A stretch of 51,945 nt of DNA, taken from the sequence record NZ_CP027240.1. The stretch is one strand, 5' to 3'. The stretch comes from a plasmid. The notes under the pieces are model-generated. The model searched no databases, was not told the origin of the DNA, and saw only the letters and a program-made list of their open reading frames with translations. Position 1 is the stretch's first letter; every line of letters starts with the position of its first letter. Positions 9,776-19,545 of the stretch are shown one piece after another. Position numbers and translations under genes: made by a program.

Positions 9776-10430
9776 GTGGCGAGGTCTGACCGTGGTCCAC
9801 AACTCGGCCGCCGGGGCTTTCTGACCGGTGGCGCCGCTCTGGCCGGCGGCGTCGTAGGATTCGGTGTCGCCGATAGGACCGCCACTTCCAGCTCCGCAGA
9901 CAGGGCTGTTCTCACCGATTCTCGCGCGGTCGGAGACGCGACGGAGCCATTCTATGGCGACCGACAGGCCGGAGTGACCACCGCGCCGCAGGCGCACGCG
10001 GTCTTCCTGGCCTTTGACCTCAGCAAGAAGGCGCACCGAGAGAACCTCACTGGAGTGCTGCGCACCTGGACTCACGACGCCGCCCGGTTGGCGCGGGGTC
10101 GAAGCGGACTTGCCGATCTCCAGCCCGAGTTGGCAGAGCATCCTGCCCGACTGACAGTCACCATCGGTTTCGGTCCCAACCTGCTCGGCAAAGTCGGACT
10201 GGGCGGCCGCAGTCCGCAGTGGCTTCGACCGCTCCCCGCTTTCCCGCAGATTGACCGTCTCGAGGACAGATGGTCCGGCGGAGACCTGTTGCTTCAGATC
10301 TGCGCGGATGACCCACTCACGGTGGCTCACGCCGCCCGCGTCCTGGCCTCCGGTGTCCGTGGTGTCGCCACCCAGCGGTGGGTCCAGCGCGGATTCCGGC
10401 GGGCAGTTGGCACCGATCCGTCCGGCCGGA
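9776..10430 (+). pseudogene. efeB: DyP-type peroxidase EfeB (Tat-secreted), 5' part, interrupted by IS21-family element
   Basis: Twin-arginine signal RRGFLTGGAALAGG. DyP N-domain. Frame ends ...GTDPSGR at the IS21 left end. Confidence 0.8.
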
Positions 10431-10554
10431 TGTCAAGGGCCAGTGAGTTCTGCCCAGGGGCGGTCTTGAGACCTGCCCGGTGACGGTCACCAGATCTGCC
10501 CGGAGATGGCCATGGGATCTGCCCAGGGGCTGGCCATCTCGGGTCCTCGGGTTG

Positions 10555-10768
10555 TCAGGCCAAGGGCTTCACCCCCTGGCCTGCGAGTGCTTGGGAGAGG
10601 CGGACGGAGTCGCCGCTGGTCTGGCAGACGTGGGCGTGGTGCAGGAGCCGGTCCACTGTCGCGGTGGCGATGGTCTTGGGCATGAGTTCGTCGAAGCCGG
10701 CCGGGTGCAGGTTCGAGCTGATCGCGATGGCTCGTTTTTCGTAGGCGGCGTCCACCAGGCGGTAAAGC
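10555..10768 (-). pseudogene. istB: IS21 helper ATPase IstB, C-terminal fragment (split by ISL3)
   Basis: Sequence ...LYRLVDAAYEKRAIAISSNL... continues the 12224..12815 ORF across the ISL3 insertion. Confidence 0.8.
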
Positions 10769-12223
10769 GGCTCTTCCGGATCCGGAGTGCGTAGCTGGGG
10801 TTCGCCGGTGATGCGGTGAGGCACAAGATGTAGGGGTCCTGGGGCGTGTGAAGATGCAGGTTCCTACGCCACGCATCGAACACCCCAGGACCCGCTTTGA
10901 ACGCTACCGCCAGCCTGCTTGCCGACACCATCTGCCGCACCGTCGAGCTCGGGGTGACGATCACCGACGCCGCTGTGGCTGACGAGCTCACGCACCTGTT
11001 CTGCGCCCCGGTCACACTCGACCCGGTCTGCGCCGAGTGCGGGATGGCGGGCCGTTTGCGGGACCACGTCCAGCGGAAGGTCACGGATCTGCCGATCGTG
11101 GGTCATCCCACCAGACTGCATGTGCGGGTACCGCGCTTCACCTGCGACAACATCGAATGCGAGACGCGCATCTTCCAGCAGCGGATGCCGGCGTTGGCCG
11201 AGCCGCGGGCCAAGACCACGCGTCGCTGCAGCCGCTGGATCCTGCAGCGTCTGGCGATCGACCGCACCAGCGTGTCCGCGGTCGCCAAGGCCCTCGGGCT
11301 GGGGTGGGATCTGGTCAACGATCTAGCACTGTCGGAGACTCGCACGATCGTCTACGACCAGCCCGGCCACTTCGACGGCGTCCGCATTCTCGGAGTCGAC
11401 GAGCACAAATGGAAGCACGTGCGCGGCGACGGCAGCAGCTCATTCGTCACCGTCCTGGTCGACCTGACCCCGGTCGTGGACGGCACCGGCCCGTCTCGCC
11501 TGTTGGACATGGTCCCCGGGCGCTCGGCGAAGGTGCTCACCGAGTGGCTCGACGCCCGTGACCAGGTGTTTCGAGACCGAGTCAAGGTGGTCACGATGGA
11601 CGGGTTCGCCGGCTACCACTCCGCCGCCGCCAAAGCCGTTCCCGCTGCCCGGACGGTGATGGACCCCTTCCACGTCGTGCGCCTGGCCGCCGACAAGCTC
11701 ACCGTGTGCCGCCAACGCATCCAGCAGGCCACCACCGGGCACCGGGGCCGCACGGGCGATCCGCTGTACGGCATCCGCCGGACCTTGAACACCCGAGCCG
11801 AGCTGCTCACCGACAAGCAGAAGGTGCGCCTGTTCAAAGCATTCACCGCCAACGATGCGCACGCGGCGGTCGAGGTCACCTACGGCGTCTACCAGCGACT
11901 CATCGCCGCCTACGACGCCGCCGGCAAGCGGGAGGGCAAGATCGCGATGTACAAGCTCCTGCGCTCGATCCGGGCCGGGGTGCCCAAGGAGCTGCCCGAG
12001 CTCGCCCAGCTCGGTCGCTCACTGTGGAAACGGCATCGCGAGATCCTCGCTTACTTCGACGTGGGTGCCTCCAACGGACCCGTCGAGGCCATCAACGGCC
12101 GCCTCGAGCACCTCCGCGGGATCGCCCTGGGCTTCCGCAACCTCAAGCACTACATCTTGCGGTCACTCATTCACTCCGGCCGGCTTCAGGATCGGATCAA
12201 TGCACTCTGATTCCGGAAGAGCC
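10769..12223 (+). mobile_element. ISL3-family insertion sequence, copy 1 (1455 bp). IRs GGCTCTTCCGGATCCGGAGTGCGTAG / GGCTCTTCCGGAATCAGAGTGCATTG. 8-bp TSD GGTAAAGC. Inserted in istB.
   Basis: TSD at 10761-10768 and 12224-12231. A second near-identical copy lies at 49622..51076. Confidence 0.9.
10897..12210 (+). CDS. ISL3-family transposase
   Basis: 437 aa, N-terminal zinc-finger Cys pairs, DDE core. Near-identical paralog at 49635..50948. Confidence 0.9.
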   Translation: MNATASLLADTICRTVELGVTITDAAVADELTHLFCAPVTLDPVCAECGMAGRLRDHVQRKVTDLPIVGHPTRLHVRVPRFTCDNIECETRIFQQRMPALAEPRAKTTRRCSRWILQRLAIDRTSVSAVAKALGLGWDLVNDLALSETRTIVYDQPGHFDGVRILGVDEHKWKHVRGDGSSSFVTVLVDLTPVVDGTGPSRLLDMVPGRSAKVLTEWLDARDQVFRDRVKVVTMDGFAGYHSAAAKAVPAARTVMDPFHVVRLAADKLTVCRQRIQQATTGHRGRTGDPLYGIRRTLNTRAELLTDKQKVRLFKAFTANDAHAAVEVTYGVYQRLIAAYDAAGKREGKIAMYKLLRSIRAGVPKELPELAQLGRSLWKRHREILAYFDVGASNGPVEAINGRLEHLRGIALGFRNLKHYILRSLIHSGRLQDRINAL

Positions 12224-12815
12224 GGTAAAGCCCTTCAGCGGCGTCGGTGGCCACCGGCAGCAGTCCGATGTCGTCGACGATGATCAGGTCGGCGCGCAGG
12301 ATCTTGGCGATGGCCTTGGTGACGGTGTCGTCGGCGCGGTGACTGCGCAGGAGAACGCCGAGGTCTTCCAGGGTGAACCAGGAGACCTTCAGTCCCTCCT
12401 CGACCGCCTGCTGCCCGAGGGCCTCGAGCAGGAACGTCTTGCCGGTCCCAGAGGGCCCGCAGACGACGAGGTTCTCCTTGCGGTGCACCCACTCCAGCGT
12501 CCGCAACGCCTGTTGAGTCGGTGCTGGAATCGAGGAGACGGACTCGTCCCACGCGTCGAACGTCTTGCCAGTGGGAAACCCGGCGGCAGCGCGTCGAGTG
12601 GCCAGCGAGGCCCGGTCACGGCCGCTGGCCTCCTCAGCCAACAGCGCACGCAGCACCTCGGCCGGGTCCCAGCGTTGGGCTTTGGCGGTGGCGATCACCT
12701 CGGGCGCGTGGCGGCGAATGTGCGGCAGTCTCAGGCGCCGCAACACGGCGTCCAGGTCTGCGGGCAGCGGCGGACTGGCCGGCACACCCAGCGCCGGAAC
12801 CTCGGTGGTGGTCAT
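12224..12815 (-). pseudogene. istB: IS21 helper ATPase IstB, N-terminal fragment (Walker A GPSGTGKT), truncated by ISL3
   Basis: CGPSGTGKTFLLEAL P-loop. 4-bp overlap with the istA stop. Confidence 0.85.
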
Positions 12816-14353
12816 CGGTCTACCTCCTCAGAATCGGCGGCCACCGGTGATTGCCCGCCGAGGGCGGCCCATCCGGAAGTGCCCTGGGTCAGCGACCGGT
12901 CCTCACCCGCTGTGTGGGCTTGGCCGGCACCGCCGGAGGTGGCGTGGTGGTTCAGGATCGAAGGCAGATCGGCCTCGGCGAACCGGCTGTGCAGCGCCGC
13001 GTGACCGAGCGCCCAGTCGACCTCGCCCGGGTCGAACAGCTTGGCCAGGGCCACGGCCTCGGCCATCTTCACCCGCATCCTGGCCGTGCCCGCCGCGGCG
13101 GCCTCGGTCAGCCACAGCCGCGCCCCGTCGCCGAGGGCCAGGAAGGCCGCCTCCGCGGCGTTGCGGGCCTTGGGTTGGCGGTGCAGGGCCCCGGCCGGGG
13201 CGTCCGGGAAGTGCGCATCAGCCAGCCGCGGACTGCCTGGGGTGGCCCGCAGGTGTCGGGCCACCTCCACCGGCCCGTCGGGGCCGACGTGCACCACGAC
13301 GATCTGCTCGCCGGCGCCGGCACCATAGGCGCGGACCCACACGGTCTGACCGAGCAGCGTGTGCGGCACCGAGTACTGTCCGGATTCAAACGTCACCATC
13401 GGCGAGTTCACCGGCACCTGCCGGGTCGCCCCCAGCGCCACCGTGTATGCCTCGGTCGGCACGGTGTGCAGGCGGGCCCGTTCCTGGGCGAGCATCTCCG
13501 CTGGCGCTCGCCGAGTGACGCGGTGCTCCCGGTCGTTGATCTGCTCGCACCACTGCTCGCAGGCCTCCTCCAGCTCAGCGAACGAGGAGTACTCGCCGCG
13601 CAGGTTCGTCTCCTTGGGCACCAGGTCGGCTTTGGCGACCTTGACCGTGGACTCGCTACCACCCTTGGAAGCCGGATCCGCGGGCTCGCACGTGAGCACC
13701 GTGACCCCATAGTGGCGGGCGAACGCCACCACCTGCGGGTTGCGCACCGCCATCCCGGCCACGTGCTCAACGGTGACGGTCTTCTCGTTGTCGGTCAGCA
13801 CATACGTCGGCGCCCCGCCCAGGCGGCGCAACGTCACATCCAGGGCAGCGAACACACTCGGGGCCGTCTTGTCGCGGATCGGCAGGACCACCCGGAACCG
13901 TGACCACGCCAGCCACGCGCAAAACAGCACGGTCTTGACCCCGTCGATCACCGGACCGTCACCGAAGTCGTACTGCAACCACAGGCCCGGCTCGGTCACC
14001 CAGGGCCGGTGCACCCGCGCATGGCCCACGCGGTAGGACTTCTTCACCGCCGCCACCGCCCGACGCGTGGTGCGCTCCGAGCCGGTGAACCCCACCGCGA
14101 GCAGCTTGTCGTGGACCACGTCCGCGCGGATCTTGCCGCCGGAGCGCTCCACCCATTCCTCGACCTTCGGCATGAACTCGTCCATCAACTGCGGACGGGC
14201 CGCCGGCTTGTCGGTCAACCGGCCCGCATCACGAGCAGTCACATAGCGGGCAACGGTGTGGTGCGAGACCCCGGCGAGCTCGCCGGCATCCCGATACGAC
14301 CCTGTCAGATCAAACGCTTCGAGAATTTCCATGATCTCCTCGGCAGACTTCAT
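12812..14353 (-). CDS. istA: IS21-family transposase IstA
   Basis: N-terminal HTH (MKSAEEIMEILEAF...) and DDE integrase core. Start taken at ATG 14353 rather than the upstream TTG of the track ORF. Confidence 0.85.
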   Translation of the reverse strand: MKSAEEIMEILEAFDLTGSYRDAGELAGVSHHTVARYVTARDAGRLTDKPAARPQLMDEFMPKVEEWVERSGGKIRADVVHDKLLAVGFTGSERTTRRAVAAVKKSYRVGHARVHRPWVTEPGLWLQYDFGDGPVIDGVKTVLFCAWLAWSRFRVVLPIRDKTAPSVFAALDVTLRRLGGAPTYVLTDNEKTVTVEHVAGMAVRNPQVVAFARHYGVTVLTCEPADPASKGGSESTVKVAKADLVPKETNLRGEYSSFAELEEACEQWCEQINDREHRVTRRAPAEMLAQERARLHTVPTEAYTVALGATRQVPVNSPMVTFESGQYSVPHTLLGQTVWVRAYGAGAGEQIVVVHVGPDGPVEVARHLRATPGSPRLADAHFPDAPAGALHRQPKARNAAEAAFLALGDGARLWLTEAAAAGTARMRVKMAEAVALAKLFDPGEVDWALGHAALHSRFAEADLPSILNHHATSGGAGQAHTAGEDRSLTQGTSGWAALGGQSPVAADSEEVDR

Positions 14354-14543
14354 GTTGTCCCTCCTCGGGGCGATGGGCGCTTCAGCACCGCTATCGCACC
14401 CGAGGAGGGGCCCCGAACCGCCCAAGCGGGCCGGGAAACAATGTCGTGTCGGGCAGATCCCATGACCGCCAGCGGGCAACTCTCACGTCCGCCAGCGGGC
14501 ACCTTCGTGACCGCCTACGGGCAGTCTCTCGTGTCCGTCGTCA

Positions 14544-15133
14544 GCCGGACGCAGCGGAATCTGTTTGGCCAGCTTGACGGCACCGTCAACCCCGCCCCCG
14601 CCGAATCCGACTTCGAGGCGCTGCTGTTTTCAGACGGCGCGGAACAGCAATGGATGCGTGGGGGGACGTCGCTGGTGCTGCGCCGCATCCGGATGACGAT
14701 GAACTCGTGGGAGGAGATCGACCGAAACAGCCGCGAGCTTTCGGTGGGACGAAAACTGGACACGGGTGCTCCGCTCACTGGCACAGACGAGCACGACCCC
14801 GCAGACTTCACGGCGATGAACGAGGTCGGTTTGCCCGTCATTCCCGCCGAATCGCATATCGCCCGTGCGCATTCGCGCAACCGAAGCGAGACAATCCTAC
14901 GTCGACCGTACAACTACGACGACACCCCGCAGCCAGGTGAGATCAGCAACTCCGGACTGCTGTTCGCCGCCTACCAAGCCGATCCGGTACGGCAGTATCT
15001 CCCGATCCAGCAACGACTCGCCGAGCAGGACATGCTTAACACCTGGACTGTGCCGATCGGATCAGCTGTCTTCGCCATTCCGCCCGGATGCCAGGAGGGT
15101 GGCTATATCGGCCAAGGAGTGATGGAGGGATAA
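14544..15133 (+). pseudogene. efeB: DyP-type peroxidase EfeB, 3' part (downstream of IS21)
   Basis: ...TQRNLFGQLDGTVNP... DyP C-domain motif. In frame with 9776..10430 once IS21 and one TSD copy are removed. Confidence 0.8.
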
Positions 15134-15229
15134 CCGTCCGAGGTACTGGCCAATGGCATCGACAGTCGGTTGACAGCCCGAGGCGGCGCACCGCACACGA
15201 GGGCGCCAGCTCCTCAGAACAGTTCAGAG

Positions 15230-16186
15230 CTAGCTCTGAACGGCAAGCGAATTGTTGGAGTACGGGTCGACGCCCTTCTGTCGGAGCCACTCCAGGGGAT
15301 CCGCTCGATCTCGTCCCTCATTTGTCCAGACCTCGAAGTGCAGGTGAGGCCCGGTGGAAAAACCGCGATTTCCCATTAGGGCGATTGTTTGCCCTGCTTG
15401 TACGCGCTGGCCCGTGGACACTAGGACTTCCTCCATGTGTCCATAAACGGTCATCGTGCCCTCATCCGACATGATGCGCACCCAGTTGCCGAATCCTTGC
15501 GCTGGCCCGGCATCGATGACCATGCCCTCGCTGGCCGCCAAGATGGGAGTGCCGATGGCGTTGGCGATATCGGCACCGCCGTGGAGTGCCCCCCAGCGCT
15601 GGCCGAATCCGGAGGTCAGCGAACCGCTCGTCGGCATCGCTGCCTTCGGACGACGCGCGGTCTCCTCAGTGACCTGTCGGTACGTATCGATGGCCGTGCC
15701 GGTCATCAGCGAAGTGACCATGGAGGCGGCACCTTCGTCCGCGGCGTCCTCCCGTGGGGTGATGGGCTCAGGACTGCCAGGAAGTGGCACGGGCGCCTCT
15801 GCCTGGTCAGACGCAGTGGGAGGCACCTCGGGCGCGCTCGGACTGATCGTCGATTGGTGAGCGATCAGGTCGATGTGTTCACCGGAGGCGTCTTCATGCG
15901 GGGTGGCCAGAGCGCTGCCCGACGAGGTGACCGCCCCTGCAGCAACCGCGACCACGATGACCCGATCGCGGACGGCGGTTGCCTGGGAGGGGCGGCGATG
16001 TTCCCCGCGATGCCGAACCGTACCGTCGAGCCCCCAATGGTCGACTGTGAGCGAGTCTCCGTTGCGGCGAGCGCGCCTTCTCTTCACTGCCGCCGTGTCC
16101 CCTCTGTCGCTGCGCCGTGATGCTTTCGTGATCTTACCCGTGCGAAGGTAGTCGAGTCGATTCGGCCACTGCAAACCTCGGGGCAA
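15230..16186 (-). CDS. M23-family metallopeptidase (LytM/lysostaphin-type). True start may be internal.
   Basis: C-terminal M23 motifs (HGGADIA..., GNRGFSTGPHLHFEV). Confidence 0.8.
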   Translation of the reverse strand: MPRGLQWPNRLDYLRTGKITKASRRSDRGDTAAVKRRRARRNGDSLTVDHWGLDGTVRHRGEHRRPSQATAVRDRVIVVAVAAGAVTSSGSALATPHEDASGEHIDLIAHQSTISPSAPEVPPTASDQAEAPVPLPGSPEPITPREDAADEGAASMVTSLMTGTAIDTYRQVTEETARRPKAAMPTSGSLTSGFGQRWGALHGGADIANAIGTPILAASEGMVIDAGPAQGFGNWVRIMSDEGTMTVYGHMEEVLVSTGQRVQAGQTIALMGNRGFSTGPHLHFEVWTNEGRDRADPLEWLRQKGVDPYSNNSLAVQS

Positions 16187-16258
16187 GATGGCTCCCCCGT
16201 GCGAGGGTCGTTTGGCTGCTGCCCGCGGGCATGCGGGGCAGCCTCAAGGAGCTCGGCT

Positions 16259-18253
16259 TCAGTTCGAGCTCGGGCCCTGCTGTAGCACCTTCTCGGAGCG
16301 CGGTTCGGCACGCTCGTCCGCCGTGGCGCGGTGGGCACGTTCCCGCGTCTGTCCTCTACTGGAATGCCATCTGCGCCCGAGGGCGAGGAGGACAACCAAC
16401 AGCATCGCCTCGCCCGCGGCCACGGAGATGCCACCTCCGACTTGCTGATCGCGAAGAAGATCAGGGATCCACGGCAGGTTGAGATCGCTGTACCAAGCCT
16501 CGGCGAGGATCGTTTGCGAGTTGATCAGCATAAGCCCGAAAAGGATATGAAACGACATCGAACTCAGGAGTATCAGGAATCTGGTGCGAGGGCTCACAGG
16601 TGTGGGTGTTTCATCCACGCCGATGATCACCCAGAAGAACAGGTAACCGCTGACCAGGAAGAATCCGTTCATGAACATATGGCCCAGGTGCTCGGAGATT
16701 AGCTCCTCGTACATGCCTCCGAGGTAGAAGAGGTAGAAACCAGCTACGAACTGCGCCCCGACGACGGCCGGGTGGGTGAGAAGCCGGGAGATCGGGTTGT
16801 TGATGAATTCGAGCAACCATTCGCGCGGACCGGGCGGATCTGCGGGTGCAGCGGCAGGTAGAGCACGGAGGGCGAGGGTCATCGGCCCCCCCATTGCGAG
16901 GAATATCGGCACGACGATGGACAGCAGAATATGTGCGGTCATGTGGGCGGAGAACTCGGCTCTCGCATACATGCCGAAGCCCGAGCTGGTGGTCAGAAAG
17001 AGGAACACACAGCCGGCCACCCACGAGATGGTGCGACCGGTCGGCCATCCGATTCCTCGCCTTCGCAGCGTTCGTAAGCCCCAGAGGTAAAGACCGAGCG
17101 CGACGACCGCCAGTGTTCCCGAGAGTAGATCGAACCGCCATTGCCCGACGATCGTGGCCATGGTGATCGGCCCGGAGAGTTGGAAGCCGATCAGCGATTC
17201 GTGAACGCTCGGGAGGTAGCGAGGTGCCGGCGGCGGGGTGCGGCCCAGAGATACAGCGATGGCCATAGTCGCGGCCATCAATCCAGCCTCAATGCCGGTG
17301 ATACGAATGAGGATGCGCCGGCGAAGCGGTGCGTCGGGGTCCCGACTGTCCAGATCGGCGAGGATGCGGGCGCGTACCAGCAAACCACACAAGCCCAGTA
17401 GGGCCAGGGCGAACAGTTTAGCTACGACAAGCAATCCGTATGTGGAGGTGAGCAGGTCGGACAGGCGCAAACGGGTGAAGAGATTGATGACGCCGCTGAG
17501 TGCCATCACCACGATCGCCACGGTCGCGACCGCAGAGAATCGACGCAGTGCGAGCGCGACCTTCTTGCCTCCCCGCCAGGCGTGCACAAGCACGGCGATG
17601 AGGCCGCCGACCCATGCCGCGGCGGCAAAGAGGTGAAGGATCAGCGAATTGGTGGCGATGTCGTGCGCCACCGCGCCTGCCGCATGTCCCGTCGCCGCGA
17701 CCGGCAGCAGTGACAATACGGTGACGGCGAGCCACACCGCCGACCAACGCCACGAGAGGCTGAAGCGCTGGCCGATGCCTGCAATCAAAGCCAGCAACGC
17801 AGCCCACCGCCACGATGAGGCGACCTCGATCTGTTCGACGGCGAGAATCCACTGCTCGGGCGGAAGCGAGGCGGATAATGGTTTGCCCGAAGTGTCCGAG
17901 AGGGTGAGCAAGATGAGCAGCGCGGCCGAGGCCGCCCATGCCAGATTCGCCCACGATGAGAGTCGCTGTGCGCGATACCCGGCCACGTCGAGGGTCCCAT
18001 CGGGTGCCGCAGGTGTGAAGAACACCGCGAACATCGCGGTGCCCACCGCGACTGCGCAGAGCAATTCGGCGACTACCCGTGTGGCAGGTAGCCCGGCAGT
18101 GGTGAGGATCCCAGGGTCGGGAATACCCAAAAGGACCAGGGCCTGGGCTGTTGATAATCCGGACAGCATGACCGCTAGAGCGGCACCGATGACGAGCAGG
18201 ACCAGAATGACCGGCCAGACAGGTCGGCGCACGCTCGCCAGAGGAGAACTCAT
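16259..18253 (-). CDS. CopD-family copper-resistance membrane protein fused to a cytochrome c oxidase assembly CtaG-like domain (664 aa, ~16 TM)
   Basis: N-terminal half has the CopD-like 8-TM arrangement with His residues. C-terminal half resembles caa3-type CtaG. Confidence 0.6.
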   Translation of the reverse strand: MSSPLASVRRPVWPVILVLLVIGAALAVMLSGLSTAQALVLLGIPDPGILTTAGLPATRVVAELLCAVAVGTAMFAVFFTPAAPDGTLDVAGYRAQRLSSWANLAWAASAALLILLTLSDTSGKPLSASLPPEQWILAVEQIEVASSWRWAALLALIAGIGQRFSLSWRWSAVWLAVTVLSLLPVAATGHAAGAVAHDIATNSLILHLFAAAAWVGGLIAVLVHAWRGGKKVALALRRFSAVATVAIVVMALSGVINLFTRLRLSDLLTSTYGLLVVAKLFALALLGLCGLLVRARILADLDSRDPDAPLRRRILIRITGIEAGLMAATMAIAVSLGRTPPPAPRYLPSVHESLIGFQLSGPITMATIVGQWRFDLLSGTLAVVALGLYLWGLRTLRRRGIGWPTGRTISWVAGCVFLFLTTSSGFGMYARAEFSAHMTAHILLSIVVPIFLAMGGPMTLALRALPAAAPADPPGPREWLLEFINNPISRLLTHPAVVGAQFVAGFYLFYLGGMYEELISEHLGHMFMNGFFLVSGYLFFWVIIGVDETPTPVSPRTRFLILLSSMSFHILFGLMLINSQTILAEAWYSDLNLPWIPDLLRDQQVGGGISVAAGEAMLLVVLLALGRRWHSSRGQTRERAHRATADERAEPRSEKVLQQGPSSN

Positions 18254-18503
18254 GGGCTCATCATAGAAAGCTCAACCCCGAGAACCGGAATGGACGAAGG
18301 GGGATCGCGACCAAGGGGGTCCTGCTGTCGGCGGAGCCAGGGAAATTAGCGGGGCCCGCCGAGGCCGTCGCCAACCAGGCTTCGGGTTGCACCTCGAAGG
18401 CCCCGGAGTCGTTCGAGGTCAATCGAGAGGTCGATGGGTAGCCGCCTGGCGGGACACGGCGACGGAAAGGAAAGGTTCGGTCAGCACATTGAGGCAGCAG
18501 CAC

Positions 18504-19472
18504 TCAATAATCGAGACGGTTACCTTGTCGCAGATGGCGCCGTCGTTCCGCGTCGAACCTGGTGCCGTAGCGATCGCGAACAGTCTTCTCGATGAGGCGC
18601 TCATGCGAGATGGGTCCGCTGGCGGTAGTAGCAACGGGACGGCCTGATGCGTCGGTAGCAGTATTGTCACCGTCGTCGGTCCGCCCCTGGGGGCCCTCGC
18701 CGGCGTCGTTTTCGAGGTCGATGCCATCGGCACGGTTGCGGCGGCGCTCTCGGATGTCGCTCCACAGGAAGTACCCGAAGCCAACTGGTGCTAGGACCCC
18801 GAACGCGAGCCACTGCAACCCATAGGACAGGTAGCTGCCCGCCTCGATGGACGGCGTCGGCACCGGCTCGAGCGACCCGGGTTGGTTTCCGGGGAGTTGG
18901 AGGTGATGCGGCACGAGGTCGAGGCCCACAAGCGGACCTATTGCGGAGGTTTCGACATTGCGCACCATGTGTCGACCATGCAAAACGATGGGCTCTGCTG
19001 GCGCATCGGTAGCCATTCGGAGCCTGGCGGTGATGGTCACGGGATCAGCCGGTACCGCAGGGTAGTCCGGCACCGAATTGTTCTCGCCGACTGGAACCCA
19101 CCCGCGATTGATGAGAAGGTCAGTGCCCTTCTCGGTTCGAAAGGCGGCGAAGACCTGGTACACGGCTTTACCGTCGACCGCTCGTTGGCGTAGTAGAACT
19201 TCTGCCTCCGGAAGGTAGCGGCCAGTCGTCGTCACGAGGTGCCACTCGGACTGCTCCAGCGGAGTGTTGCCAGTCGTCAGCTCCGCCAGCGGCACCGGAT
19301 CGGCCTCGATGCTCTCACGGAGTTGTGAGTTGCGTGCCTGTAGATCCTCATTCTTGCCCAACTGCCACGGTGCAAGCAGCGTGAAACACGCGTACACAAA
19401 AAGCGCGACGGCGATAACGGCGATCAGCCATCCCGACGTGATCGCACGAAAGAACCTCTGCACGCCGTTCAC
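18504..19472 (-). CDS. SURF1-family protein (cytochrome oxidase biogenesis). Start assigned to an internal GTG; the track ORF extends to 19646.
   Basis: Two TM helices flanking a large extracytoplasmic domain (WQLGKNEDL...; C-terminal YFLWSDIRERRRN). The upstream part of the track ORF overlaps the next gene. Confidence 0.6.
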   Translation of the reverse strand: MNGVQRFFRAITSGWLIAVIAVALFVYACFTLLAPWQLGKNEDLQARNSQLRESIEADPVPLAELTTGNTPLEQSEWHLVTTTGRYLPEAEVLLRQRAVDGKAVYQVFAAFRTEKGTDLLINRGWVPVGENNSVPDYPAVPADPVTITARLRMATDAPAEPIVLHGRHMVRNVETSAIGPLVGLDLVPHHLQLPGNQPGSLEPVPTPSIEAGSYLSYGLQWLAFGVLAPVGFGYFLWSDIRERRRNRADGIDLENDAGEGPQGRTDDGDNTATDASGRPVATTASGPISHERLIEKTVRDRYGTRFDAERRRHLRQGNRLDY

Positions 19473-19545
19473 GGTAGACCCGGGACCAAAGCGGTCAATA
19501 TCTGGGACCTCCGGTTCGCCGAGACCGCCGCGGTGGGCGCATCCG

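Larger units (their letters stand above)
10431..14543 (-). mobile_element. IS21-family insertion sequence (4113 bp including a nested ISL3; ~2650 bp native). Ends TGTCAAGGG...CGTCGTCA, 35-bp imperfect IRs with multiple CTGCCC/GGGCA subterminal repeats, 6-bp TSD GCCGGA.
   Basis: IRL TGTCAAGGGCCAGTGAGTTCTGCCCAGGGGCGGTC and the reverse-complemented right end TGACGACGGACACGAGAGACTGCCCGTAGGCGGTC. GCCGGA at 10425-10430 and 14544-14549. Removing the element restores an in-frame efeB. Confidence 0.8.

Noticed and set aside
14009-14543. 5' two-thirds of the 374-aa ORF 14009..15133
   Set aside because: That part is antisense to istA inside the IS21 element. Only 14544..15133 is genuine efeB coding sequence.
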